DNA from: Desulfuromonadales bacterium
GTDB taxonomy: Bacteria; Desulfobacterota; Desulfuromonadia; Desulfuromonadales; SZUA-540
Direction of reading: 5' to 3'
Length of the DNA: 64,000 bases
Assembly (NCBI GenBank): GCA_033549025.1
Contig: JAWSUS010000001.1
Span: forward strand, 64,001-128,000
Shown here: positions 20,997 to 29,471 of the stretch, piece after piece
How the letters are laid out: every line of letters starts with the position of its first letter
Numbering within the stretch: position 1 is the first letter of the stretch
Notes under the pieces: generated by a model
The model's database searches: none
Told to the model about the DNA's origin: nothing
What the model saw: only the letters and a program-made list of their open reading frames with translations
Position numbers and translations under genes: made by a program

Positions 20997-21644
20997 ATGA
21001 ACCTCTTTATCACTTTCGAAGGCATCGAAGGCTGCGGAAAAACCACCCAGCTGCGCCTGCTTGCCCGCAATCTGGCCGCGCAGGGGGTTGATGTGGTCAC
21101 TACGCGCGAACCTGGCGGCTGCCCCATTGCGGATGCTATCCGCCAGATTTTGCTTGATCCCGGCAACCAGGCCCTGGTGCCCCGGTCGGAACTGCTGCTG
21201 TACGCCGCGGCCCGGGCCCAGCATGTCGACGAGGTCATCCGGCCGGCGCTGCAAGCGGGAAAGACTGTCCTGTGTGACCGCTTTACCGATGCCACCTGCG
21301 CCTACCAGGGGTACGGACGCGGGTTGGACAAAACGCTCATTCACCGCCTCAATGAGCTGGCGGCGGCTGAGACCTGTCCCGACCTGACCATCCTGCTGGA
21401 CATGCCGGCCGAAGAAGGCCTGCAGCGGGCGCAAAGCCGCAACACCGTGCAGACGCTCGAACATGAGGGCCGCTTCGAGCAGGAATCCCTCACCTTTCAC
21501 CGCCGCGTCCGGCAGGGGTACCTGGAACTGGCCCACAGGCAAAACCGTTTTCTGGTCATCGATGCTCTCGGTTCGCAGGAAACCGTCGCCAGCCGGATCG
21601 GTGAAGCGCTGAGACAACGACAGATTCTGAGTATGCCGTCATGA
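20997..21644 (+). CDS. tmk: Thymidylate kinase
   Basis: FITFEGIEGCGKTTQ..REPGG..CDRF..AYQG. Confidence 0.97.
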   Translation: MNLFITFEGIEGCGKTTQLRLLARNLAAQGVDVVTTREPGGCPIADAIRQILLDPGNQALVPRSELLLYAAARAQHVDEVIRPALQAGKTVLCDRFTDATCAYQGYGRGLDKTLIHRLNELAAAETCPDLTILLDMPAEEGLQRAQSRNTVQTLEHEGRFEQESLTFHRRVRQGYLELAHRQNRFLVIDALGSQETVASRIGEALRQRQILSMPS

Positions 21645-22609
21645 CTTTCGGTCAGGTGCTTGGGCACGACAGACAGAAAGACCTGCTGCGACGAGCCATC
21701 GCCTCGGGTCGCCTGGCCCATGCCTATCTGTTCCATGGGGCAGACGGCATCGGTAAACGCCTGATGGCCCTGGCTTTTGTCCGCGCCATTTTCTGCCAGA
21801 ACGGCACGGGATGCGGCACATGCACCGCCTGTCGCAAGGTGGATCACCATAATCACCCGGATCTCCACATTATGGAACCCGATGGAGCCACCATTAAAAT
21901 TGAACAGGTGCGAATGATCCAGAAGGAGTTGTCCTTTCGTCCGCTGGAAGCGCCGAAGAAAATCTGCCTGATCGACGGGGCCGAAAAATTGAATCCCGCC
22001 GCCGGCAACGCCCTCCTGAAAACCCTGGAGGAACCCAAGGGGGAGGCCCTCATCATCCTGCTGTCCGCCCAGAAAGAACGGGTGTTGCCGACCATCAGGT
22101 CACGCTGCCAGCAGATTCCCTTTTATGCTGTCCCCCGCCCCATCCTGCAGCAGGCCCTGCAGGAGAAGCTGGGGCTGAACGAGTCTCAGGGGCATATTCT
22201 CGCGGCCCTCTCGGAAGGGAGCTTCAAAAAAGCCCTGGGTAAGGACAAGGATCTTTTCCTCGACCAGAGACGGGAGCTGCTCAAGGCTCTTACCGCCTTG
22301 TCACCCGGAAGCGTTATTGCCCTGTTCAAACTGGCCGAAGAAATTGCCGGTGAAAAGGAACGTTTTCAAGAGATTCTTGAACTCTTTCAGGCTTTCTATC
22401 GCGACCTGCTTCTGTACAAGCAGGGGATGCCTGAAAGCGAACTGGTCAACATCGACCTGCTGGAAAAGATCCAGCGGGTCGCGAAACGTGAAAACACGGC
22501 CACCCTGCTGGCAAAACTCGAAGCCATCGCCGTCAGTCGGCGGCAGGCGGATCGTAACGTCAACAAACAGCTGGCCATGGAGGTTCTGCTCATGCGCCTG
22601 GCTGCCTGA
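21641..22609 (+). CDS. holB: DNA polymerase III delta-prime subunit
   Basis: HAYLFHG; Zn module FC..CGTCTAC; NALLKTLEEP; TIRSRC; follows tmk. Confidence 0.95.
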   Translation: MTFGQVLGHDRQKDLLRRAIASGRLAHAYLFHGADGIGKRLMALAFVRAIFCQNGTGCGTCTACRKVDHHNHPDLHIMEPDGATIKIEQVRMIQKELSFRPLEAPKKICLIDGAEKLNPAAGNALLKTLEEPKGEALIILLSAQKERVLPTIRSRCQQIPFYAVPRPILQQALQEKLGLNESQGHILAALSEGSFKKALGKDKDLFLDQRRELLKALTALSPGSVIALFKLAEEIAGEKERFQEILELFQAFYRDLLLYKQGMPESELVNIDLLEKIQRVAKRENTATLLAKLEAIAVSRRQADRNVNKQLAMEVLLMRLAA

Positions 22610-22673
22610 GGCAAGGCGCCATTTACGGGCATTTTTCGCCACACTTTCCATATAGAGGAAACGACAGACAACC

Positions 22674-23708
22674 ATGATCCGAATTACTTCGGTTAAATTC
22701 CGCACGGCGGGAAAGCAGTACGATTTCAACAGCCAGGACCTCCCCCTCGAAGCCAATATGCGCGTGGTGGTGGAAACAGACCGGGGCCGCGCCCTCGGTA
22801 CGGTCGTGCAGGCTCCCAGGGAAATCGACGAAAAAGAGGCGGCCAAGGAGCTCAAAAACATCATCCGTATCGCGACCGATGAAGACCTGGCGCTGGCGGC
22901 AGCCAACGCCGACCGGGAGAGGGAGGCTTTTCGCATCTGCGCCGCTCGCATCGGCGAGCGCAAGATGGAGATGAAACTGGTGCGGGCCGAATATCTCTTC
23001 GACGGCTCCAAGATCATCTTTTACTTCACCGCCGATGGTCGGGTCGATTTCCGCGAACTGGTCAAGGATCTGGCTCATCACTTTCACACCCGCATCGAGA
23101 TGCGCCAGATCGGCGTGCGCGATGAAGCCAAACTCATTGGCGGGCTGGGTATCTGCGGCAGGGAACTGTGCTGCTGTACCTTCCTGACCGACTTCGCCCC
23201 CGTCTCCGTGCGTATGGCCAAGGAGCAGGGGTTGGCCCTTAATCCCAGCAAGATTTCCGGCCAGTGCGGCCGCCTCCTCTGTTGCCTGGGGTACGAATTC
23301 GAAACCTACTGCTCCTTGCGCAAGCAATTGCCCAAATGCGGTCGCAAAATCCAGGTGGACGGCCAGGAAGGCGAAGTGATCGGCCAGGATATCCTGGCCC
23401 AGAAAGTCACCATTCGTCTCGGTGACGGGCAGACTCGCCAAGCTACCGTCGATGAGCTGAATCAGGCGGAAAAATCGGGGACCCTGCCCTCCCCGCCCCC
23501 GGCCAAAGAGGGGAAGCGTCCGGAAGGAAGCCGCCGGGACTCCTCCAGAAATCGCAAGCCTCGTCCGGCCGGCGAGAACAAGCCCTCACAACCCCGGCCC
23601 GAAGGCCGCAAACCTCAGGCCGCCGAAGCCGCCAAGCCTGCCGGTGATGAAGGGGCCGCCAGCCCCCGTAAACGCCGCAGAGGCCGTCGTCGTCCCAAAA
23701 AGAAATAA
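22674..23708 (+). CDS. ricT: PSP1/RicT (YaaT) family protein
   Basis: GRVDFRELVKDLA..RIEMRQIGVRDE..GICGRELCC..SGQCGRLLCCL. Confidence 0.9.
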   Translation: MIRITSVKFRTAGKQYDFNSQDLPLEANMRVVVETDRGRALGTVVQAPREIDEKEAAKELKNIIRIATDEDLALAAANADREREAFRICAARIGERKMEMKLVRAEYLFDGSKIIFYFTADGRVDFRELVKDLAHHFHTRIEMRQIGVRDEAKLIGGLGICGRELCCCTFLTDFAPVSVRMAKEQGLALNPSKISGQCGRLLCCLGYEFETYCSLRKQLPKCGRKIQVDGQEGEVIGQDILAQKVTIRLGDGQTRQATVDELNQAEKSGTLPSPPPAKEGKRPEGSRRDSSRNRKPRPAGENKPSQPRPEGRKPQAAEAAKPAGDEGAASPRKRRRGRRRPKKK

Positions 23709-23725
23709 CCTCAGGAGCGTCAAAC

Positions 23726-25258
23726 ATGAGCAAAAACTTCTACATAACGACCCCCATCTATTACGTCAACGACGTCCCTCACATAGGCCACGCCTATACC
23801 ACCCTGGCCTGTGACGTGCTCGCCCGCTACAAGAAGTCCCGCGGGTATGAGGTTTTTTTCCTGACCGGCACGGATGAGCATGGTCAGAAGGTCGAGAAAG
23901 CGGCTCAGGCGGCCGGAGAAACGCCGCTTGAACTGGCCGATCGCGTCGTCAAACGCTTCCAGTCGCTGTGGGAAAAACTCAACATCGAAAACACCGACTT
24001 CATCCGCACCACCCAGGAACGACACAAAGAGGGGGTCCGCGAACTCTTCCGCCGTATCGAAACCAAGGGGGATATCTACCTCGGTGAATATGAGGACTGG
24101 TACTGCACTCCCTGCGAGACCTTCTGGACCGAGACCCAGCTTCTCGATGGCAACTGTCCGGACTGCGGACGTCCCACGGACAAGCTCAAGGAAGAATCCT
24201 ATTTCTTCCGCATGAGCAAATACCAGGACCAGTTGATCCGCCATATCGAGGAGCACCCTGATTTCATCCAGCCCAAAAGCCGCCGCAACGAGGTGCTCAA
24301 CTTCGTCAAGGAGGGGCTGCGCGATCTTTCCATCTCCCGCACGACTTTTTCCTGGGGCATCCCCGTCCCGGGCAACGACGCTCACGTCATTTATGTCTGG
24401 TTCGACGCCCTGACCAACTACATCACCGCTCTCGGCTACCCCAACGACCCCGACGGCAACTTTGCCAAGTTCTGGCCCGTCGACGCCCACGTCATCGGCA
24501 AGGACATTCTGCGTTTCCACACCGTCTACTGGCCGACCTTTCTGCTGGCCGCCGGCGTGCCTTTGCCCAAAAAGGTCTTCGCCCACGGCTGGTGGACGGT
24601 CGAGGGGCAGAAGATGAGCAAGAGTCTGCGCAACGTGGTCGAACCCAACATGCTGATCGACAAGTACGGGGTCGACGCCATCCGCTACTTCCTGCTGCGC
24701 GAGGTTCCCTTCGGGCTCGACGGCGACTTTTCCCACGCCGCCCTCATCCATCGCATCAACTCCGACCTGGCCAACGATCTCGGCAACCTGATGAGTCGCA
24801 GTTCGGCCATGGTCAACAAATATTTTGACGGCATCCTTCCCGAGCCGACGCCCGCTGACGACACGGACAAACCCTTGCTCGACCGCATCCCCGGAACGCT
24901 GCGAGCCGTCGACGAGCACATGGACGCCATGGCCTTCAACAAGGCCCTGCAGCTGATCTGGGACCTCATCAGTGCCGGCAACAAATACATCGACGATACG
25001 GCGCCCTGGGCCCTGGCCAAGGACGAGATCCAACGGCCCCGCCTCGGCACCGTCATGTACAATCTCATGGAGATTCAGCGTCTCGTTGCCCTGCTCATCG
25101 AACCGTTCATGCCCGACACGGCCCAGAAAATGGTGGAAATTCTCGGGATCGATCCGGCCAGCCAGTCTCTGGAAGAAAAAGGCGCCTGGGGCGGCTTGCG
25201 TCCCGGTACTCGCATCCAGAAAGCGACCCCGCTGTTCCCGCGTATCGAACAGGAATAA
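23726..25258 (+). CDS. metG: Methionine--tRNA ligase (short form, no C-terminal Trbp domain)
   Basis: TTPIYYVN..HIGH; KMSKS; Zn knuckle; ends LFPRIE. Confidence 0.98.
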   Translation: MSKNFYITTPIYYVNDVPHIGHAYTTLACDVLARYKKSRGYEVFFLTGTDEHGQKVEKAAQAAGETPLELADRVVKRFQSLWEKLNIENTDFIRTTQERHKEGVRELFRRIETKGDIYLGEYEDWYCTPCETFWTETQLLDGNCPDCGRPTDKLKEESYFFRMSKYQDQLIRHIEEHPDFIQPKSRRNEVLNFVKEGLRDLSISRTTFSWGIPVPGNDAHVIYVWFDALTNYITALGYPNDPDGNFAKFWPVDAHVIGKDILRFHTVYWPTFLLAAGVPLPKKVFAHGWWTVEGQKMSKSLRNVVEPNMLIDKYGVDAIRYFLLREVPFGLDGDFSHAALIHRINSDLANDLGNLMSRSSAMVNKYFDGILPEPTPADDTDKPLLDRIPGTLRAVDEHMDAMAFNKALQLIWDLISAGNKYIDDTAPWALAKDEIQRPRLGTVMYNLMEIQRLVALLIEPFMPDTAQKMVEILGIDPASQSLEEKGAWGGLRPGTRIQKATPLFPRIEQE

Positions 25259-25297
25259 TCGCCCCGCTTGGCTCACCGACAATTTCGCATGTTATCC

Positions 25298-25330
25298 CAA
25301 GGGGGCGCTTTTTGGTGCCCCCTTGCTTTT
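25298..25330 (+). terminator. Intrinsic terminator-like hairpin after metG
   Basis: CAAGGGGGCGC / GTGCCCCCTTG followed by CTTTT. Confidence 0.55.
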
Positions 25331-25344
25331 CAAGAGAGATGGTT

Positions 25345-26736
25345 ATGACCGAACAGCAGCCTTGGCTCATCGACACCCACGCGCATCTGGACAACGGACA
25401 ATTCGCCGACGACCGGGAGGAAGTCATCAGCCGGGCCCGCCAAGAGGGCATTCGTTACATCCTTACCGTGGGTTGCGACCTGGAGAGTTCGCGACAAAAT
25501 CTGGAGATAGCCGAAAAGCACCCTTTCATCTACGCTGCCGTCGGCATCCATCCTCACGATGCCGCCCAGTTGGACGAAAAGGCGCTGGCGCAGCTGCGAA
25601 CCTGGGTGATGGAGAAGAACCGCGTGGTGGCGATAGGTGAAATTGGCCTGGACTTCTACCGCGATCGCTGCCCCAGGGATATTCAGCGTCAGGCCTTTCG
25701 CCAGCAGATCCGGCTGGCCCGCGAACTCAAAATGCCCATCATCGTCCACGACAGGGATGCCCACGCCGAGGTATTGCAGATCCTGAGGGAGGAGAAGGCC
25801 GCTGAGGTTGGCGGCGTCGTCCATTGCTTCAGCGGCGATCTGGCCATGGCCCGCGCCTGCATCGATCTGGGCTTTCTCATCTCCTTTCCCGGCTCCATCA
25901 CCTATCCGAAAAACGAGGAAGTTCGCGATCTGATCCGGCAGATTCCGGTAGATCATTTTCTCGTCGAGACCGACTGCCCTTACCTCGCTCCCCAGCCCCG
26001 ACGGGGGAAGAGGAACGAACCGGCCCTGGTGCGACATACTGCCGCAACGATCGCGGAGATCAAGGGATTATCTCTTGAGGACGTCTGTCGAGTGACCAAT
26101 CTCAACGCCTTCCGGCTCTTCGGCATCGGAGAGTCCGATGCGGCCAGCCGCATCGCCTACCGCATCCGCGACGCCCTCTATCTCAACATCACCAACCGCT
26201 GCACCAACCGCTGCGCCTTCTGTGCCAAATTCAAGGATTTCACCGTCAAGGGCCATGGCCTGCAACTCGACCAGGAGCCATCCGCGGAGGAGATTATCGC
26301 GGCGATCGGCGACCCGGCCGGCTACACTGAAATCGTCTTCTGCGGTTACGGTGAACCCCTTATCCGCCTGGAGACGGTCAAGGAAGTGGCCGCCTGGCTC
26401 AAGGCCCGTGGTGCCAAGGTACGCATCAACACCGACGGGCAAGCCAACCTGGTGCACGGTCGCAACGTGCTACCCGAGCTCAAGGGCCTGGTGGACGCCA
26501 TTTCCGTCTCCCTGAACGCGGCCGACGCCGAAACCTACCAGCGCATCTGTCACTCCCAATTCGGCCTGCCGGCCTATGAGGGCGTCAAAGCCTTTCTGCG
26601 CGAGGCATTAGCCCACATCCCCTCGGTGACGGCCAGCGCCGTCGCCATGCCCGGCATCGATATGGACGCCTGCGCCGACGTGGCCCGAGACCTGGGGGTC
26701 GAATTCAGGGCGCGACCCTACAACGATCTCGGCTGA
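25345..26736 (+). CDS. TatD nuclease fused to a TatD-associated radical SAM domain
   Basis: TatD motifs DTHAH, GIHPH, GEIGLD, HCFSG, ETDCPYL; C-terminal LYLNITNRCTNRCAFC..VFCGYGEP. Confidence 0.9.
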   Translation: MTEQQPWLIDTHAHLDNGQFADDREEVISRARQEGIRYILTVGCDLESSRQNLEIAEKHPFIYAAVGIHPHDAAQLDEKALAQLRTWVMEKNRVVAIGEIGLDFYRDRCPRDIQRQAFRQQIRLARELKMPIIVHDRDAHAEVLQILREEKAAEVGGVVHCFSGDLAMARACIDLGFLISFPGSITYPKNEEVRDLIRQIPVDHFLVETDCPYLAPQPRRGKRNEPALVRHTAATIAEIKGLSLEDVCRVTNLNAFRLFGIGESDAASRIAYRIRDALYLNITNRCTNRCAFCAKFKDFTVKGHGLQLDQEPSAEEIIAAIGDPAGYTEIVFCGYGEPLIRLETVKEVAAWLKARGAKVRINTDGQANLVHGRNVLPELKGLVDAISVSLNAADAETYQRICHSQFGLPAYEGVKAFLREALAHIPSVTASAVAMPGIDMDACADVARDLGVEFRARPYNDLG

Positions 26737-26756
26737 CCTCGAACCCCATGGATCTC

Positions 26757-26800
26757 AAAAAAAATGAGCCTGTCAGGCAACTGACAGGCTCATTTTTCTT
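26757..26800. terminator. Bidirectional intrinsic terminator (tatD fusion / uraA convergent)
   Basis: A8-TGAGCCTGTCAG-GCAA-CTGACAGGCTCA-T5. Confidence 0.85.
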
Positions 26801-26813
26801 TGGGCGGCCAGAT

Positions 26814-28100
26814 CTAATGGGGTACCGCCGGCCCCCGGGCACCATCCTCACCGGAAGTTTTATCCCCCCGGGGGAGGATGAGATTAAGCAGCACCCCGAG
26901 AATCCCGGCTAGACCAATGCCTGAAAGGGTGACCGAACCCAGGGGAATACTCATCCCCCCTACCCCAAAGACAACCACGAGGGAAACAATGGCCAGATTG
27001 CGTGGTTCCAGCAGATCCTGCCCGGCCCGAACCAGGGTGTTGAGACCAACGACCATGATAGCGCCGAAGAGCAGCAGCATGATGCCTCCCATGACGGGCA
27101 CGGGAACCGACTGCAGAAGAGCGCCTACCTTGCCGACAAAAGCCAGCACAATGGCGACCAGAGCCGTCCAGGTCATCACGGCGGGGTTGTATACCTTGGT
27201 CAGAGCAACGGCCCCGGTCACTTCCGAGTAGGTGGTATTGGGGGGTCCCCCCAACATGGCGGCCATGGAAGTGGCCAAACCATCCCCGAGCAGGGTGCGG
27301 TGAACGCCGGGATCTTTCAAATAGTTTTTACCCGTCACCGAACTGACGGCCAGCACGTCCCCAAAGTGTTCAATGGCCGGGGCGATGGCCACCGGGATCA
27401 TGAACAGGATCGCCGCGGCATTCCATTCGGGCAGGACGAAATCGGGCATCGCCAGCCAGGCCGCCTCGGCGACCCGGGAAAAGTCGACGATGCCGTAGAA
27501 AAGCGACAGCAGGTAGCCAACCACCAGCCCGCACAAAATGGGGATGAGGCGTACGACGCCCCGGCCAAAGAGGGAAGCCAGCAACGTTGCTCCCAAAGAG
27601 GCCATGGAAACGATCATGGCCGTCGAGCCGTCCACCAGGATGATGGCGCCATCGCCGGACTTGCCCAAAGCCATATTGACGGCGACAGGCGCCAGGATGA
27701 GTCCGATGACCATGATCACCGGTCCGGTGACGATGGGCGGGAAAATGCGCGCGATGGCTCGGGTTCCGCGCCAGCGCACGAACAGGCTGAGCAGGATATA
27801 AAAGCCACCGGCAGCCACCAGACCGCTCATGGTTGAGGCAATCCCCCAGGTCTGCACCCCATAGATGATGGGCGCGATAAAGGCGAAGGAGGAAGCCAAA
27901 AAGACGGGAACTTTGCCCCCGGTGATCCATTGGAAAAGCAGGGTCCCGACGCCGGCGGTAAAGAGAGCCACATTCGGATTGAGACCGGTCAGCAAGGGCA
28001 CTAGGACAAGGGCACCGAAGGCGACAAATAACATCTGGGCGCCGAGCAGGCTGTCTTTGAGTCGGAAATTATAATCCGAGGAAGAGGTTCGTTCAGTCAT
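26814..28100 (-). CDS. uraA: Uracil permease (NCS2/NAT family)
   Basis: QMLFVAFGA..SSFAFI..PPNTTYSE; downstream of upp. Confidence 0.93.
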   Translation of the reverse strand: MTERTSSSDYNFRLKDSLLGAQMLFVAFGALVLVPLLTGLNPNVALFTAGVGTLLFQWITGGKVPVFLASSFAFIAPIIYGVQTWGIASTMSGLVAAGGFYILLSLFVRWRGTRAIARIFPPIVTGPVIMVIGLILAPVAVNMALGKSGDGAIILVDGSTAMIVSMASLGATLLASLFGRGVVRLIPILCGLVVGYLLSLFYGIVDFSRVAEAAWLAMPDFVLPEWNAAAILFMIPVAIAPAIEHFGDVLAVSSVTGKNYLKDPGVHRTLLGDGLATSMAAMLGGPPNTTYSEVTGAVALTKVYNPAVMTWTALVAIVLAFVGKVGALLQSVPVPVMGGIMLLLFGAIMVVGLNTLVRAGQDLLEPRNLAIVSLVVVFGVGGMSIPLGSVTLSGIGLAGILGVLLNLILPRGDKTSGEDGARGPAVPH

Positions 28101-28141
28101 CCTGGCCTTCCTATTAAAGAGTGGAATAAAGGAGAAGAAAT

Positions 28142-28768
28142 CTATTTGGTGCCGAAGATCTTGTCCCCGGCGTCGCCGAGTCCGGGAATAATGTAGCCCT
28201 GCTCATTGAGTTTTTCGTCGACGGAAGCCACATAGATGTCTACATCGGGGTGGGCAGTCTGCAAACGTTCGATGCCTTCCGGGGCGGCGACGAGAAAAAG
28301 CCCCTTGATTTTCTGACAGCCCGATTTTTTCAACATATCGATGGCGGCCACGACGCTGCCGCCAGTGGCCAGCATGGGATCGAGAACAAGGGCCGTTCGA
28401 TCCGCCATTCTGCGGGTAAATTTCTGATAATAGCTGACCGGCAACAGGGTTTCCTCGTCCCGATAAAGGCCGATGACCCCCACCTTGGCGCCGGGGATCA
28501 GGTCGAGGACCCCGTTCATCATCCCCAGACCCGCTCGCAGAATGGGAACGATGGTGATCTTTTTCCCTTTGATCTGCTCTACTTCGACCGGCCCGGCCCA
28601 GCCCTGAATAACCGCCGTTTCCGTCTCCAGATCTTTGGTGGCTTCATACGTGATCAGGCGGGCCACTTCCGAGGCGAGCTCCCTGAAATCCTTGGTGCTG
28701 ATATTCTTTCTGCGCATGAGCCCCAGTTTGTGTCGAACCAGGGGATGGGTCACTTCAATAACCGCCAC
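28142..28768 (-). CDS. upp: Uracil phosphoribosyltransferase
   Basis: [30 protein letters not shown]. Confidence 0.97.
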   Translation of the reverse strand: MAVIEVTHPLVRHKLGLMRRKNISTKDFRELASEVARLITYEATKDLETETAVIQGWAGPVEVEQIKGKKITIVPILRAGLGMMNGVLDLIPGAKVGVIGLYRDEETLLPVSYYQKFTRRMADRTALVLDPMLATGGSVVAAIDMLKKSGCQKIKGLFLVAAPEGIERLQTAHPDVDIYVASVDEKLNEQGYIIPGLGDAGDKIFGTK

Positions 28769-28819
28769 GGCTGCCTCCTTGTATCGCTATGCTCGTCAAC
28801 ATCGTCTTTTCGGGGACAG

Positions 28820-28848
28820 AGAATATTGCAATGCGGCCAAGGGGTCAA
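28820..28848 (-). promoter_or_regulatory. Putative sigma70 promoter of upp-uraA
   Basis: TTGACC-17 nt-TATTCT on the minus strand; AAGGAGG SD before the GTG start. Confidence 0.6.
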
Positions 28849-28869
28849 GAATATGTGGCAGCCGACGAC

Positions 28870-28898
28870 AAAAAAGCACCTCCCGAAGGAGGTGCTTT
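28870..28898 (-). terminator. Intrinsic terminator after the ferritin-like gene
   Basis: AAAGCACCTCC-TTCG-GGAGGTGCTTTTTT (C-UUCG-G loop). Confidence 0.85.
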
Positions 28899-28923
28899 GT
28901 GAAAAACAGGATGATCGAAGCGC

Positions 28924-29415
28924 CTATTGGCCCAATATTTTGGCTTTGCGCTCTTTGAGAACCCGGGCGTGGCGATCCTCCTCGGCGGCCAGCCAGGTGA
29001 AAGCCTCCTTGCCGTCCTCGGTGCGCGCTTGGGCGGCAGCCTTGTGGAAATATTCGGCAAAACGTTCCTCGGCTTCAATCGCGAGGTCCAAGGCTTCGAG
29101 GTCGGAATCGTCTTTTTTCAGCACCTCTTCCAGGCGGGTCGGCGAAGGGAATATCTCGCTGGCGGAGAACCGGCGCAGGTAGGGGAGAAATACTTCCTCG
29201 CTCTCCCAGAAGGCGCCATCCTCGTATTTCGGTGCCAGATCCTCCAGGGTTTTCAGGTGCCCGACTTCATCCTGGGCCAGCCAGGTGAAAATTTCCTTGG
29301 CGAGAGGGCTTTTGGCCTTGGCCGACATGGTGGAGTAAAACCGATGCCCCTGTTTTTCCACTTCCATGGCGGCTCGAATCACTTCAAAACCGCTGAATTC
29401 TTCCAATCCAGTCAT
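28924..29415 (-). CDS. Ferritin-like (rubrerythrin-family) di-iron protein
   Basis: Two E..FY/ExxH repeats (EVGH, EDRH); no rubredoxin domain. Confidence 0.8.
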   Translation of the reverse strand: MTGLEEFSGFEVIRAAMEVEKQGHRFYSTMSAKAKSPLAKEIFTWLAQDEVGHLKTLEDLAPKYEDGAFWESEEVFLPYLRRFSASEIFPSPTRLEEVLKKDDSDLEALDLAIEAEERFAEYFHKAAAQARTEDGKEAFTWLAAEEDRHARVLKERKAKILGQ

Positions 29416-29471
29416 CTTAATATGGATCTCCTGTCTTTTTTTCAGACCTCTAGCATGATGGCGTCAGCCTG

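Noticed and set aside
23720..25282. 520-aa antisense ORF opposite metG (similar ones at 13677-15005, 32798-34246, 43314-44813, 50818-52038 and 59048-60577)
   Set aside because: Shadow ORFs produced by GC-rich codon bias; no recognisable motifs, and each lies fully opposite a well-supported gene
28770..28820. Pyrimidine-responsive control of upp (PyrR loop, or pyrC-like CCG start-site switching)
   Set aside because: No PyrR-binding consensus and no convincing 5'-end/SD hairpin, although C7-C8-G9 follows the -10 box
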